64,000 nucleotides of DNA from Octopus sinensis (taxonomy: Eukaryota). The position numbers and the translations under genes were made by a program. This document shows, one piece after another, positions 51,651-64,000 of this stretch. The notes beneath the pieces are model-generated. The model had not been told where the DNA came from. It made no database searches and saw only the letters and a program-made list of their open reading frames with translations. The stretch covers positions 37,572,001-37,636,000 of the forward strand of contig NC_043013.1 of assembly GCF_006345805.1 (NCBI RefSeq), given 5' to 3'. Numbering within the stretch: the stretch's first letter is position 1; each line of letters opens with the position of its first letter.

Positions 51651-52525
51651 TACGTGGTCTGATCAACAAGTATCCGGACTGTTGTCATAGTAACGAAGCT
51701 AAAGCATGGAGAGTAAAACTGCTTGGCACAGATTGATCTTGAACGCTATTATGTGCTCGCACTAAGATTTACCGTTGTTTGCAGCAGTGCTTGGAAGGAT
51801 GGTTGTGGTGTGTGATCGTCGCATTGAACATGACAGCAATGTGAGCAGAGATTCTGCATCAAATTTTACCAAAAGCTTGGTGATACCTGCTCAGAGGACT
51901 ACACAAAATTTGCAAAAAGGTTTCATTGTACTCGACACAATCAAAGAGAGTTCCTGCAAATGAAACCTGAGTGTCATTTTGGTCAGCTGGAAGCAATTTT
52001 GGCACAAACTTGGCAGATACACGTCTCATAACTAAATCTTCAGTGATACGGGACTGAACTGAAACGTAACTAATCTGCACATCCTCTGATAACTCACGGG
52101 TTGTGATTCAACGATTTCTCCTCACAGCCGCACGCACATATGCGATATTTTTCTCAGTTCTGCTGATTGCAGGTCTCCCACAACGCTCGTCTCTATCGAC
52201 TTTTTCCGACCACCTTGGAAAACTCTCACCCATTCGTTCACTTTTCTGCAGCGCCTACACTTCTCTCCAGATACTTTCTGCAAATTTCTGTAGGTCTCTG
52301 AGCAGTTATCGCAATAACAACGTTGTTATGGTCAATGCGGCGATCACACGCTACACGTTTTCATTCCAAGCACTTCTGTAAACAGCGGAATTGAGCTACA
52401 ACGTTAAAACTTAGTTCGCAAATACAGCAAAGTACAAAGTCAATCTTTGCCAAGCGGCTTTGCTCTGTGTACTTTAGCTTTGTTACTATGGCAACAAGCC
52501 TGATACTTATTGATCAGACCTCGTA
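51651..52525 (-). mobile_element. Fold-back mariner derivative, third copy with both ends and TA flanks
   Basis: TACGTGGTCTGATCAACAAGTATCCGGACTGTTG .. CAACAAGCCTGATACTTATTGATCAGACCTCGTA; internal MRRVSAKFVPKLLPADQNDTQVS on minus strand. Confidence 0.88.
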
Positions 52526-52812
52526 GGCAGAGGAAGTACCAGTAGTTTTAAATACTTTTAGTTTTATTAGATTTAATTTTTTGCGTTGACAACATAAATC
52601 ACCAAGTTTCAAATTATAGTCCAGTATTTAAAAACTTTGTAATTAGGTGGGTCAACATTTTGTAATGGAATTTTTTAAGTATGTAAGTTAGTGGGTTGTT
52701 TTAGATGTTCCATTTCTTTATTGGCTGTTCTTGTTATTGTTTAAGGTATTCCCCGTCTATATTTGGAGGGTACGGGTTACTAGTAGGATATGTCGTGGTG
52801 TTGTTAGTATAC

Positions 52813-53226
52813 ACTTTTACTTTTTTCAGTAATTGGACTGCGGCCATGCTGGAGCACCGCCTTTTGGTCGAGCAAATCGACCCCAGGACTTATTCTTTGT
52901 AAGCCTAGTACATATTCTATCGGTCTCTTGCCGAACTGATAAGTTACGGGGAAGTAAAAACACCACCATCCATTGTCAAGCGATGCTGGGGGGACAAACA
53001 CAGACACACAAACATATACACACACATACATACAAGTATATATATATATATATATATACTTGTATGTATGTGTGTGTGGTATATATAATATATATATATA
53101 TATATACAACAGGCTTCTTTCAGTTTCCGTCAACCAAAGACACTTGCCCAAGATGATACGCAGTGGGAATGAACCTGGAACCATGTGGTTGGTAAGTAAG
53201 CTATTTACCACACATCCACTCCTGCA
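52813..53226 (-). mobile_element. SINE family 2, near full-length
   Basis: Reverse complement of head (ACCACACATCCACTCCTGCA), microsatellite and tail. Confidence 0.88.
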
Positions 53227-53664
53227 ACACTTCTGTAGAAGATGATATAGGTAGATATAACTGTTATTCGTCTATAGGTTTCTTTCATTGTTCTATAAGC
53301 AATTTGATAATTTTGTAGAAAATTTAAACTTGCGTTTTATGAATGCAGAATTTGTGGACTATATGTTCACAAACATTTCTTCAATTCTGTTTCAAATGTG
53401 AGTAGTTTATGATATATCATTATTAGGCCGATGGATGTATTCGAAAGCGGGTTATTGGGAACAGTAGGTATATACTCGTATAAAAATATAAATAAAAATT
53501 GATTTATCATCCTATTGTAAATTTAAAAAACATTGAAAAGCAATTTTTTAAATATGGGGAATTATGAAATGCGAAAGTCTCTTCTAACTAACTTGCACAC
53601 TGATATATATATATATATTTACTGTGCAAATATAAAGGTTTCTGCACTTATATTAGTACACTTA

Positions 53665-54004
53665 TATTGGGTCATCCCGTAAATAATGTGTTTTTTTAAT
53701 ATTTCTTTTTTATATTTCTTTCAAAATTAAGATAAATTAAGTTTCTTCTTTTTTCACTCTAAAATATACCCTCCTCCATTTTCTACAATGCACTTCCATA
53801 TATCTGGTAAATCTGCAAGCCCCCTCTTTCAAAATTCACTTGTCCGTGACGAAAAATACCCCTCCAGTATTGTCCTAGCCTCGTCTACAGAATTCATATT
53901 TCTTCCGTCCAAATGATTTTGAAGACAGCGGAATACATGGTAATCAGATGGGGAAATGTCCAGCGAATATGGTGGATGGGGCATCGTTTCCCATTGAAAC
54001 AAAC
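53665..54004 (-). pseudogene. Mariner transposase C-terminal fragment with terminal inverted repeat
   Basis: WETMPHPPYSLDISPSDYHVFRCLQNHLDGRNMNSVDEA..YFSSRTSEF, then DLPDIWKCIVENGGGYILE*; TA-TTGGGTCATCCCGTAAATAATG end at 53665. Confidence 0.9.
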
Positions 54005-54014
54005 ACATGAACTT

Positions 54015-54125
54015 GGGTTCAGTCCCACTTCGTGGCATTTACAGCAAGTGTTCTACTATGGCCTCGAGCCGAACAATGTCTTGTGAGAAGGGATTTGGTG
54101 GAGTGCAACTGAAGAAGCTTGTGTT
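54015..54125 (+). mobile_element. SINE family 2 fragment abutting the mariner remnant
   Basis: GGGTTCAGTCCCACTTCGTGGCA..CAAGTGTTCTACTATGGCCTCG..GGATTTGGTGG. Confidence 0.75.
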
Positions 54126-54235
<110 letters not shown>

Positions 54236-54289
54236 GTATATATATATATAATATATATATATATAATATATATATACTATATATATATA

Positions 54290-54324
<35 letters not shown>

Positions 54325-54325
54325 T

Positions 54326-54361
<36 letters not shown>

Positions 54362-54609
54362 CATATTAAATATATAAGTTCAATTAGAGGTTAAATAAGC
54401 CTCATTAAGGGATAATATTAATCCAATGAATTTACTGGTTTCTTACCTATTATTCATTTTGAATATAAGATTTGATATTTTAAAATAGGTAATTATCTAA
54501 ACCGAGATTTATATTCATTTAAGAAAAATGAGAAAATAGAAATAAATCAATTGATATTTATATTAATTAATTACAAATGTAGATATAATCCCATACATAT
54601 ATATATATA

Positions 54610-54765
54610 TTTGAAATTTATAGAAAAACAAAAGACGAAGACAGGTGTATGAACAACAAACAAGTGTATTAGTTTGACACTCGGAAAAATGAACAAGTCT
54701 TTTACGTTTCGAACCTACGCTCTGCAACAGAAAGGAATCAGAGAAAATAAACAGAGAGTGTACCA
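54610..54765 (-). mobile_element. Penelope-like terminal fragment (third family) with non-canonical hammerhead-like motif
   Basis: Homologous to 51160-51275; minus strand CTTT CTGTTGCA GAGC gtag GTTC GAAAC GT A AAAG at 54699-54734. Confidence 0.45.
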
Positions 54766-55645
54766 TCTAAGAAATCGGTTCGGCAAAATTGGCCGCAAAA
54801 ATAAAATATGATAAATTCTGGGGTTGATTTGATGATAAAGATGAATTGTTCTACGATTTAGTTTAAACAATTCTCTAAGTTGGCACACACACACATATGA
54901 ATATATCACAAGCAAACACATTTCAAGTGTGCTATATCCTTGTTTTGCATATAACGCTCAAAAGTATCATAAGCCTCATACATAACACTACATAAAAACT
55001 ACACGAACGAATATACATAAACACATATACAACCCACCCACATACATACAGACACACGCGCCTACTTTGCTCACCCTTCTGCTTCGCTCTCACTTTCTCG
55101 CTCTCTCTCTCTCTCCATCCCTCTCGTTCTTTTACTATATGCCTTCTCTTTCATTCTTTGAATCATTTTTTTTCTTTTTGTTGTACATTCCGTAAAGTCA
55201 TAAATTTAGTCTAATCATTATAAGCCACATCAGATTCTAATTAACTGCTACTGCGACTACTTATGGTTTTTATCCTTAATGCGTTTGATGGTGACTTTTC
55301 TTTCATTATTTTTTTTTTGTTTTTACTTATTCTTCATATTAATTTCATGAACTACTCTGTCAAAGTGTGCACATGTTCTGATGTAGTATTTATGCGTGTT
55401 AAACTGTCATTTGTCTACATCACTTTAATGTTTAAATTCTGATTGGCAATTCTTGATTTAATAGACACATGGGTAAATCCAACCGTGCTCACCCCTTATA
55501 ATTAGATGCATCTAACACTACACTAACCAACGTGTCTCTTCTTCAAGGAGTTTGAGTGTAAGTGTTGAGGAATATTTGGTTGCTATTGGTTTATGAATAG
55601 ATTGAACCGTGTATACATATTATTTTCAGTATATGTATTCATAAT

Positions 55646-55860
55646 GTGGATGTGCGTGGCTTAGTGGTAAAGATGTTGGACTCATGATCATAAGGTTATA
55701 GTTTCAATTGCTGGATTGGTCGACGCGTTCTGTTCTTGAGCAAGACATTTAAACTCACGTTGCTCCAGTACACTCAGCTGGTAAAATGAGTAAACTTGAG
55801 ACACATTAGCCTCCCGTTCAGGTGGGGATGATGTACGCCATAGAAACCGGTCCTATGAAT
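55646..55860 (+). mobile_element. Diverged tRNA-derived SINE (family 4, CORE/V-like)
   Basis: GTGGCTTAGTGGTAAAG A-box-like motif, GTTTCAATTGC B-box-like motif, CTTGAGCAAGACA..GTTGCTCCAGTACACTCAGCTGG body. Confidence 0.6.
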
Positions 55861-58671
55861 GTATATGACACGTGAAGGAATTTTAAGTTTACTTATTAAT
55901 AATATTCTCTCCTCATTCTCTCTGCCTGTCTGTCTCTGTCTCTGTCTTTGTCTGTCTCTCTCTCTGACTAATGTGTGTACTTGAGTGTGCATGTACCCGT
56001 GTATAGTTGTATATATGTATGTGTGAGAGTGTTTGTACGTGTTCGTCAACTATGACACAACTTGGTAGTTGAGCTTGGATACCATTATTAGAGTTGAATT
56101 TGTTGCATGTATTCCGCCCCTGTCTCTTGTTCAACGATGATTCCTCATTCCCCCATTCGTGTTAGCGACTTTGAATAAATGGATTTATAGTTTCTCTTTC
56201 TGTTCTTTTCTAATAGGTGATGAAGAAGTTCCATACTTTCGTAAACAATTCTGTTTCGGTTGATTTCAAATAAGTCTGCAATATATGTATATCTATAACT
56301 CATTAACATATGCTTTTTTTTATAGTATGATCTTTGAAGAAAAAGAAGGTATTGTTCCTATCTTCCAAAACATATTAGGTAATCTGTCAAACAGACATTT
56401 TCACGTGGCTGCTCTACTGGTAATGTGTGCGTAACAGTTTTCCTTAAATTGCATTCTAACGCTTACAAAATGGTTGAGAATCCTTCGGTCGTGAATGACA
56501 AAGAGATTGCACCTGAAACGTTACCTTCTAAAGCACAAGTCTTGGCACGGTTATTTATGAAATAAAAGCAGTAACTCATGCATTCTCCACAGCACCGGGG
56601 TTATCCAAAGGAAAGGCAAAGGCTGATACAGACAAATTCAATGTCTGTAGAATGGAGCCCTCTGGTCATAGGTCTGCTAGTCATGGGCAAACCTAGAATT
56701 AAACTATGAAAAGAAAAAAATGGCTTTAGTGAATAATTGTTATTGTTTAAAGTAAGCTGTTGCAAGCTTCAAATAAATGGTTTACGTTTGTGTAAACGAA
56801 GAACCAGAATGCTCCACTATCCTTTTCAATGATTCTAAAGTCTTATGAATGCCTTCAGTATTTGGAGGAAGTACAATTGTGCCATTAAAAAAACAGAAAC
56901 AGAAAAGAAGAAAAAACAGAAAAAAACAAAAACAGAAAGAAATAGTAGCCCTTTTTCGATACACTTCAGTCCCTGGCAATGCGCTTATAAAGAATCAAGT
57001 TTATAATAGACACACTCACACATCCCTCATGTTTCTAGTCTACGAGGTCTGTTTGTTGATATTTTAAATATAGTTTTAATAGATGTTTATTGTTTACGGT
57101 GATAGTGTTTTTACCGTAATGTCTGTTACAACCGCGTCTAGTACTGGTATTCCATCATAAAAAACTGTATTGTTGTTATTCACATTGCTACAATTATGGT
57201 TACAGTTTTTTGTACAATTTACTTTCGTTGCTCTGAAATAGCTTTTGCTCTTGCTGTATTTGTTACTCCTGTTTCTGTGAATGTCTGAGCAGCTGTTGTT
57301 GTCAGTAATATATGTTACCATTTACAACTCGATCGTTCTGCTGATATTTCTCGAGAAATTCAACTAAATTTAGGAATATGTTCAATGATAAATGCCAAAG
57401 CTTCTAATCACCAGTCTAAAATTATTAATGTATTTCATCTGAAATTTCTCAGCGTTTGAAGTTAGAAAGTAGGGAGAGATCTCTTTGTCCATTATTTCCT
57501 AGTGTGTTATAATATTGGTTCAATTTTGGTAGTCTAATGTCACAAATACAGACGATTTCTTTAGCCAACTAGATCCACTTCAGTACTCAAACGTCACTTA
57601 TATAGTTGTGCCCTAAATCAAGAAAGTTAAGATCAACCTCAGCAGGATTTGAATCCGTACGTAACTAAAGAGAACAGTGCATTCTGCCTACTATTTTAAG
57701 GATTCTCCTTTCAAAAATATATATTGACACCCACCAGCTTCTCAAATTCAATATACCTCGTGCATTCTTTGCAGACAAAACGTGATTGTAATTCCTAAGA
57801 ATTAATAAACAATAATCATATTTCTAATCATTAAAGTAATTAATAAGAGAACACTTAATGCTCATGTAAGCCAAAACCAACAGAAATACTGGTTTATAGT
57901 TTTATATTTTCATGGACGATAATATATGTTCTGCTCAGCTCCATCTCAAATGTTAGCAGTGAAAAATATTATAAACTCTTCAAATGTATTGCTAATTACA
58001 TGATTACATATGACGTTAGTTATTTGATGGAAGTTTGTCCTCATGCACTACACTCTAAGATTAAAGATATAGAAGGTGAGATACATCCCATCGTTTTTCG
58101 ACCTACGTAGCTACATGGTTGTTATATTTATGACGTTTGGAAGTCGAACGATCGCACTGAGATTTCTATAATCGTTCATCTCGTAAGGAAAGAATCAGTC
58201 GATTCGTGTCTTGTAAAGCTTTGATAATAATTGTTTCTATCGTTAAATAAAAGACGACAGCCATTGCATGCGAAGTTATGCCATTAATAATTTGTACTAG
58301 AATATTATGAGAGACATTAATTTTTATATCAGACACCGAATTTCAAATTGGTTAAATGACATCAAGATCAGTCATTAAAAGTTTTGAATCCTGGAATTAA
58401 ATCAACTAAATAAACAGACATTTTGTGAGTACTGAAGCAAATCATCAAGAGAGATTGTTCATAGTAATGAAACCTTCCGGGAAATCGTACAGAATGAAAA
58501 AATATATGCGATAAAACTTTCAGCATAAGTATTCATAATCAATTGATGCAGGTCGCAGCAGTTACTGAGAAAGACAACAATAAAATAATAACTATTGTAA
58601 AGAAGCATTTTAAGGGACGTTAAGTGAGGCTTTCGGGCCAATTGTGAGGTAAATATTATTTGAGAATGAAT

Positions 58672-58748
<77 letters not shown>

Positions 58749-58774
58749 ATGTATGCATGTATGTATGTATGCAA

Positions 58775-58816
<42 letters not shown>

Positions 58817-58908
58817 CTATCTATATACATGAATATATGCTTTTGTGTGTATATGTGTATGTATACACACACACACGCACACACACACACCCACACAACA
58901 CACACACA

Positions 58909-58984
<76 letters not shown>

Positions 58985-59114
58985 TGTGTAACCTAAAACA
59001 GAACGTGATATGTGTATACGCATAAAAAGTTTTGAATTTGGCATTTGGAATTGAAATGTAAAATAAACCTGTCTGTGGGAAATGTCTGACGCATGTATAT
59101 ATTATATATATATA

Positions 59115-59174
<60 letters not shown>

Positions 59175-61971
59175 CATACATACATACATACATAACTACA
59201 TAGGCATATATATATATATGCATATCTATATACCTATATATATATATATATAATATATATATATTACATATATATGTATATATATACAAATCATATACAC
59301 GTGCGCATACGCACCCACATACATACATACATGAATATATACACGCTCGCAGACACGCACACGGACACACTCACCCACATATATAACGTATGTACATATA
59401 TATGCCAATAAAACCACAGGCATATATCACACATATATACGTGGCTGTGTGTTTGTATGTGCAAAGAAAGAAAAAAATACAATGCGGGAACATTACTTAT
59501 ATGAATAACGTTAAACAATAAAAATAAAATGCTCATGTGTATAATAACAATAGAAAATTAGGAATATTTTTTTATGATACATTTTCGTTTGTTTTAAAAT
59601 GTTTTATTTTATGTTTCTCGGGTGGTTACTGTATTTCATATTATTTGTCAATTTGTATTTTGGCATATCTTTTTCTCTACTTATATGAACCATTGTTAAT
59701 AATATTTGGAAAATCAGCTCTTAAGTTATTACGAGATTCTTCTAAACAATATTATATTCATTATATATTTTCTTTTTCTTGCTGCCACCATTCAGTAAAT
59801 TAACCGAATTTTATTGCAAGCGATATTCTCGATTGTCATACATGAGTATTTGTATGTATGCATGTGCGTATGTAAGACTGCATGCATGCCTATAGATTTA
59901 CGTTTCTGTAAGTGTGTGTATGTAATGTATACATATGTATGTGTGTGTGTGTGTACGTCAGTTTATTACATATATGTATATGAAGGCTTATTTTAGTATG
60001 TGTATCCATGTATGTATGTATATACATATATATTTGTATTGATAATATATATATATATATATATATATGCATATATATATATATATACACGCATATATAT
60101 ATATATATTTCTTATATTAATAAGATGTATAAACACCCATATATATATATATATACATACGTGTGTGTGTAAATACATAAACTATATCAATATGCATATA
60201 AGTATTATATAATATATATATATATATTATATATATATATATAATATATATATATATATCTATATATATAATATGTATATATATATATATATGTTATAAA
60301 TATATACATATATGTGTTTTATATATCATATATATATATATATATACGTATATCTATATCTCCCTCTCTCTCTATATATATATGTATATATATATGTATG
60401 TATATATTGAAAAAAATATTAACTAAAGAATAAATTCCAACAATCATGATAAGTATTTCTTTTCTTTTTGTTTTGTTCTTATATTTAATATTGTTTTTGT
60501 TTCACACTCTTCATTCTCTACATTGTTCCCAGAGGTACCAGTTCCCTCATGCAGTAAAGTAAAAAAGAAATGCTCTAATAATGTAATGTCAACAACACAA
60601 TTGTATTAACAGTCAAATTAATGCTCTCTCAGCATTATGTCGCGTAGTAGTCTCCCATTGGGATCTGCGCTTTATAATTAAACTACATACCAAGACATAC
60701 TAGATCCGTCATATCTATATTATTTAGACCCTTACGTTACTTAGTCCTTAGTGCTTGAATAGCAAATTCCCCAAACATTTTAGTTATTTTGGAGAGATGT
60801 CTTTTGTTTCAGTAGTATCGTACTCTTTACCGCTGAATGTAAATGAATTGCTTTGGCTTTCCTGCCTTTTTACACTTGAAGGTAAAAGAAAACTCTAGTG
60901 ATATCATTCATTTCTAAGTCAATATGAAACTTGCTTCTCTTACTCAGTTGAGTTGCAATGGATCTTTTCGTCATATTTCTAATCTCTTTGCCGGTGTTTG
61001 ACTGCTTAACGATATATCGACACATATTATCTGTTTCGGCATATACCATAATCTTTGATTTAAAAAAAAAAAAGATCACATTCGATAATATTCGATATAA
61101 TATTAAATATATTCAATTAATGAGGTGAGCTAAATGAATCGTTAGCATATCTTTTCCAAATTTCCGGAAGACCGAATTGCGTTATGATGCTATTTTTCTC
61201 ACAATGTTTGAAGCTGCGCTTAGGTACATCACATTCTTTTTCAACATTCCTTCTTCTTATGCAGTACCTGTTAGTCTCTCCAATATATATATATATATAT
61301 ATATATATTAGTAGATTAGTAGGTATATGTATATATACATGCACCCATTGCTCTTGTACATTCAGTTTTATTTCTTTTCATCGATTTTTGACAGGACAGT
61401 GAATTAACCAGCAAATGGGTTTAGATTGGATAAGAGCAAACATTGCTCTTATACAGGGTGCGATGTACCTAATCAGAAATTACGAACGGAAAAGCTATAT
61501 GTTTTTGTTAAAGCATTTATGAAGAGTAAAATGCCATGCTAAACATTAAATACCAATAAACAGTTTCGATGAGTCGACAAGGAAGCCAATACCCATTTGC
61601 ATTCCCTTCTAAACTAGCTGAGAATTATGTTTCAAATTATGCCTTAATATCTTGAGAAAGGAAAATATACGGCATGTATAGTTAATCAGTGATAATTTGC
61701 AGTAAAATTGCAGCAACCGTAAACTATCGTAACGAAATAACAAGGGTAATTTTTGTAGTGCACCAACCGATATAAATAACAGATGTTCCTAAAGTTCATA
61801 TGATAATCTTATTTTTAAAAGTTAGGTGTAGATTTTATAGTTCATTGACTGAAACGAAATATAAATATATACATATACTCGATTTAGGTACGTCTGCAGT
61901 TGTCTGAATCTCAGTTTTCAACAGCGCGAAGTGTTTATCACATTGAAAAGTCATCAAAGAGCGTAATTTCT

Positions 61972-62370
61972 ATTTAGCATGCGACTACGACACTCAGTCG
62001 GTTACAAAATCGAGGGTTCTGGTTGATCCAATCAACGGAACAGCCTGCTCGTGAAATTAACGTGCAAATGGCTGAGAATTCCACAGGCACGTGTATCCTT
62101 AACGTAATTCTCGGAGATATTCAGCTTGACAGAGAGTGTGACAAGGCTGGCCTTTTCAAATACAGGTACAACAGAAACAGGAAGAAAGAGTGAGTGAAAG
62201 TTGTGATGAAAGAGTACAGCAAGGTTCACCACCACCCCATGTCGGATCCTCATGGAGCTTTCAGTGTCTTCCCTCAATAAACATTCACAACGCCTGGTTT
62301 TGGAATCGAAACCGTGATCCAATTACTGCGAGTCCGCTGCCCTAACCACTGGGCTATTGCACCTGCACAT
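61972..62370 (-). mobile_element. tRNA-derived SINE (family 3)
   Basis: Minus-strand TAGCCCAGTGGTTAGG and GGTTTCGATTCC; body shares GTGTGACAAGGCTG..ACAGGTACAACAGAAACAG with 45655-45965. Confidence 0.8.
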
Positions 62371-62882
62371 CTAACGTACTAGATATGAAGTGAAATGAAA
62401 CTCGACTGGCGTCTTCAAGAAGATTTAAATTAAAACATCTCAAATAGACTGAAATTAGAAATAAAATAATTGAAGTGGCATTCAAACGTTGTAGAATATA
62501 TTTGTTATAATCTCCCTCAAGGCTGCAAGCCCAAGAATCCAGAGATTATCCAGATTTTCAAACTGTTTAGGTGAATGAGCTAAAAAACACATTCGGCAGC
62601 ACTTTACTCCGTCAAGTTATCGTTGATGGTCATTTTAGGTGAAAAAGACTTGTGGAAGGTGAAAAGGAAAACGTAGCTCAAAAACAAAGCAAAGTATTCA
62701 TCGAGCCTCCAATCTAAACCCATTCCTCAGTTCAAAATTCGAGTCAGAAGGCCAAGAGCATTTGCTTGTTAATTCACTGTCCCGTGAAAAATCGATAAAA
62801 AGAAATAAAACCGAATGTACAAGAGCAATGTGTGCATGTATATATACATATACCTACTAACCTACTAATATATATATATATA

Positions 62883-63645
62883 TATACAGGGTGCGATTGG
62901 TAGATTGTCGCCATTTTATGTTTTTAATTTCGCGCATGCGCATTGTTTATTATTTTGTCGACTACGCAGTATAGTAGGGTCCATTGGGCACCGTCTGTGA
63001 GAAAAACAGCACCATAACACAATTCACTCTTCCGGAAATCTGGAAAAGACATGCTGTACTATTTGACATTCGCTCCGAAAGCTCCAATACGATCATTTCA
63101 GAGTGTTTTAGTGTCTGTGTGAGGACAGTGCAGTCTGAGGACATGTATTTTAGAGTGATAAAAATCAAACATTCAGTCAACATCATGGTGTTTGGAGTGA
63201 TTACTAGTTATAGCGACGGTATTCCTCCATTCTTCTTTCCACACGATCTCAGACTGAACACGGAGGCCTACATAAGGTGCCTCGAGGAGGTAATTTTGCC
63301 CTGTGTCAGGACGGTGGTTACTGGAAGCCCTATGTCTAACAGCAAGACTCTACATCATACCACATAACCTGAAGAACCCACTCATGGCTGTCGGGCAATT
63401 TCTGCGACCACATCACCCCTAACATCTGGCCGTCTAGCTCCCCAGCCTACAACCCCTTTGATTATCATATGTGGGACACAGTTGTGCGAGATACCAACAA
63501 AACTCCTTGTAACACCAAAGATCAACTGAAGGCAAGAATTATGGCAGCATTCACAAGGTGACTGCCCAGAAGAGTTGCAGGTGATTCCGAAGTCGTCAGG
63601 AGGCCGAGGTTGAAGCCAATGGCGATTTTATTGAAAGAATTTACT
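62883..63645 (+). pseudogene. Internally deleted maT-family (DD37D) Tc1/mariner transposon
   Basis: TA-CAGGGTGCG terminus; KHSVNIMVFGVITS..PPFFFPHDLRLNTEAYIRCLEEV; QQDSTSYHIT*RTHSWLSGNFCDHITPNIWPSSSPAYNPFDYHMW with exactly 37 residues between the 2nd and 3rd catalytic Asp; one frameshift, in-frame stops. Confidence 0.9.
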
Positions 63646-63699
63646 CTTTGTGTATTTGAAACCTTTGAACAACCTGAAGTCAGTACGAGTAGAGCTTTA

Positions 63700-64000
63700 T
63701 CACTCTCTGAGTCATCCACTAGACTGAGCTTTTGTTGACGCTAAGTTCCAGTGCAGTCCTCCACATGGACTTCCACTGGCTTTTCGCGAACGCCCGCTTC
63801 AAGAGTTCGGTGTTTTCATCAGTGACGGTAGTAGCAGTCCTTCTGCTGCGTGGTTTATCAAGAACAGCTCTTCTTTTGAGAAACTTCCCATAGATAGCAT
63901 AAATTGTGCTACGCGTTGGAGCAGTGTGACAGGCATAAACCTTCTTAAACATGCGCTGGACTGCGGTAGGGGACTGAAAAAGTTCTTCCCAGGCGGCAAC
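63700..64000 (-). pseudogene. Tc1/mariner-superfamily transposase N-terminal (HTH) fragment, continuing beyond the window
   Basis: FKKVYACHTAPTRSTIYAIYGKFLKRRAVLDKPRSRRTATTVTDENTELLKRAFAKSQWKSMWRTALELSVNKSSV resembles the P.RS.I..I..KF...G.V.D.PRSGRP..S.RR...EL.I..SSV pattern. Confidence 0.75.

Overview
This is AT-rich, repeat-saturated eukaryotic (animal) DNA, most likely an intron or intergenic region of an Octopus genome. The species call is inferred from the SINE types and the extreme (TA)n/(CA)n density, not from a database search. No host protein-coding gene, rRNA, true tRNA or CRISPR array could be established. Almost all ORFs in the supplied track are microsatellite read-throughs. Supported content: (1) several tRNA-derived SINE families, one with an internal microsatellite and one forming ~180-bp head-to-tail multimers; (2) decayed DNA transposons (mariner, a fold-back mariner derivative in 3 copies, a DD37D maT element, another Tc1/mariner, Helitron-type non-autonomous elements, a possible Kolobok-type MITE); (3) non-LTR retrotransposon 3' ends (a young CR1-group LINE and an old R4/Dong-clade element); (4) two recent tandem duplications and two inverted duplications; (5) a set of minimal type-I hammerhead ribozyme motifs in Penelope-like terminal-repeat modules embedded in (TA)n. 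Item 5 is the most interesting signal. The motifs show covarying stem II, self-complementary (dimer-type) stem III, one 75-nt stem II variant, and two near-perfect fold-back palindromes. The CR1 LINE and the main SINE also share a 3' motif plus hairpin, pointing to a LINE-SINE partnership. A few short exon candidates, including a 6-nt microexon, are listed at low confidence. All coordinates and identities were read by eye.
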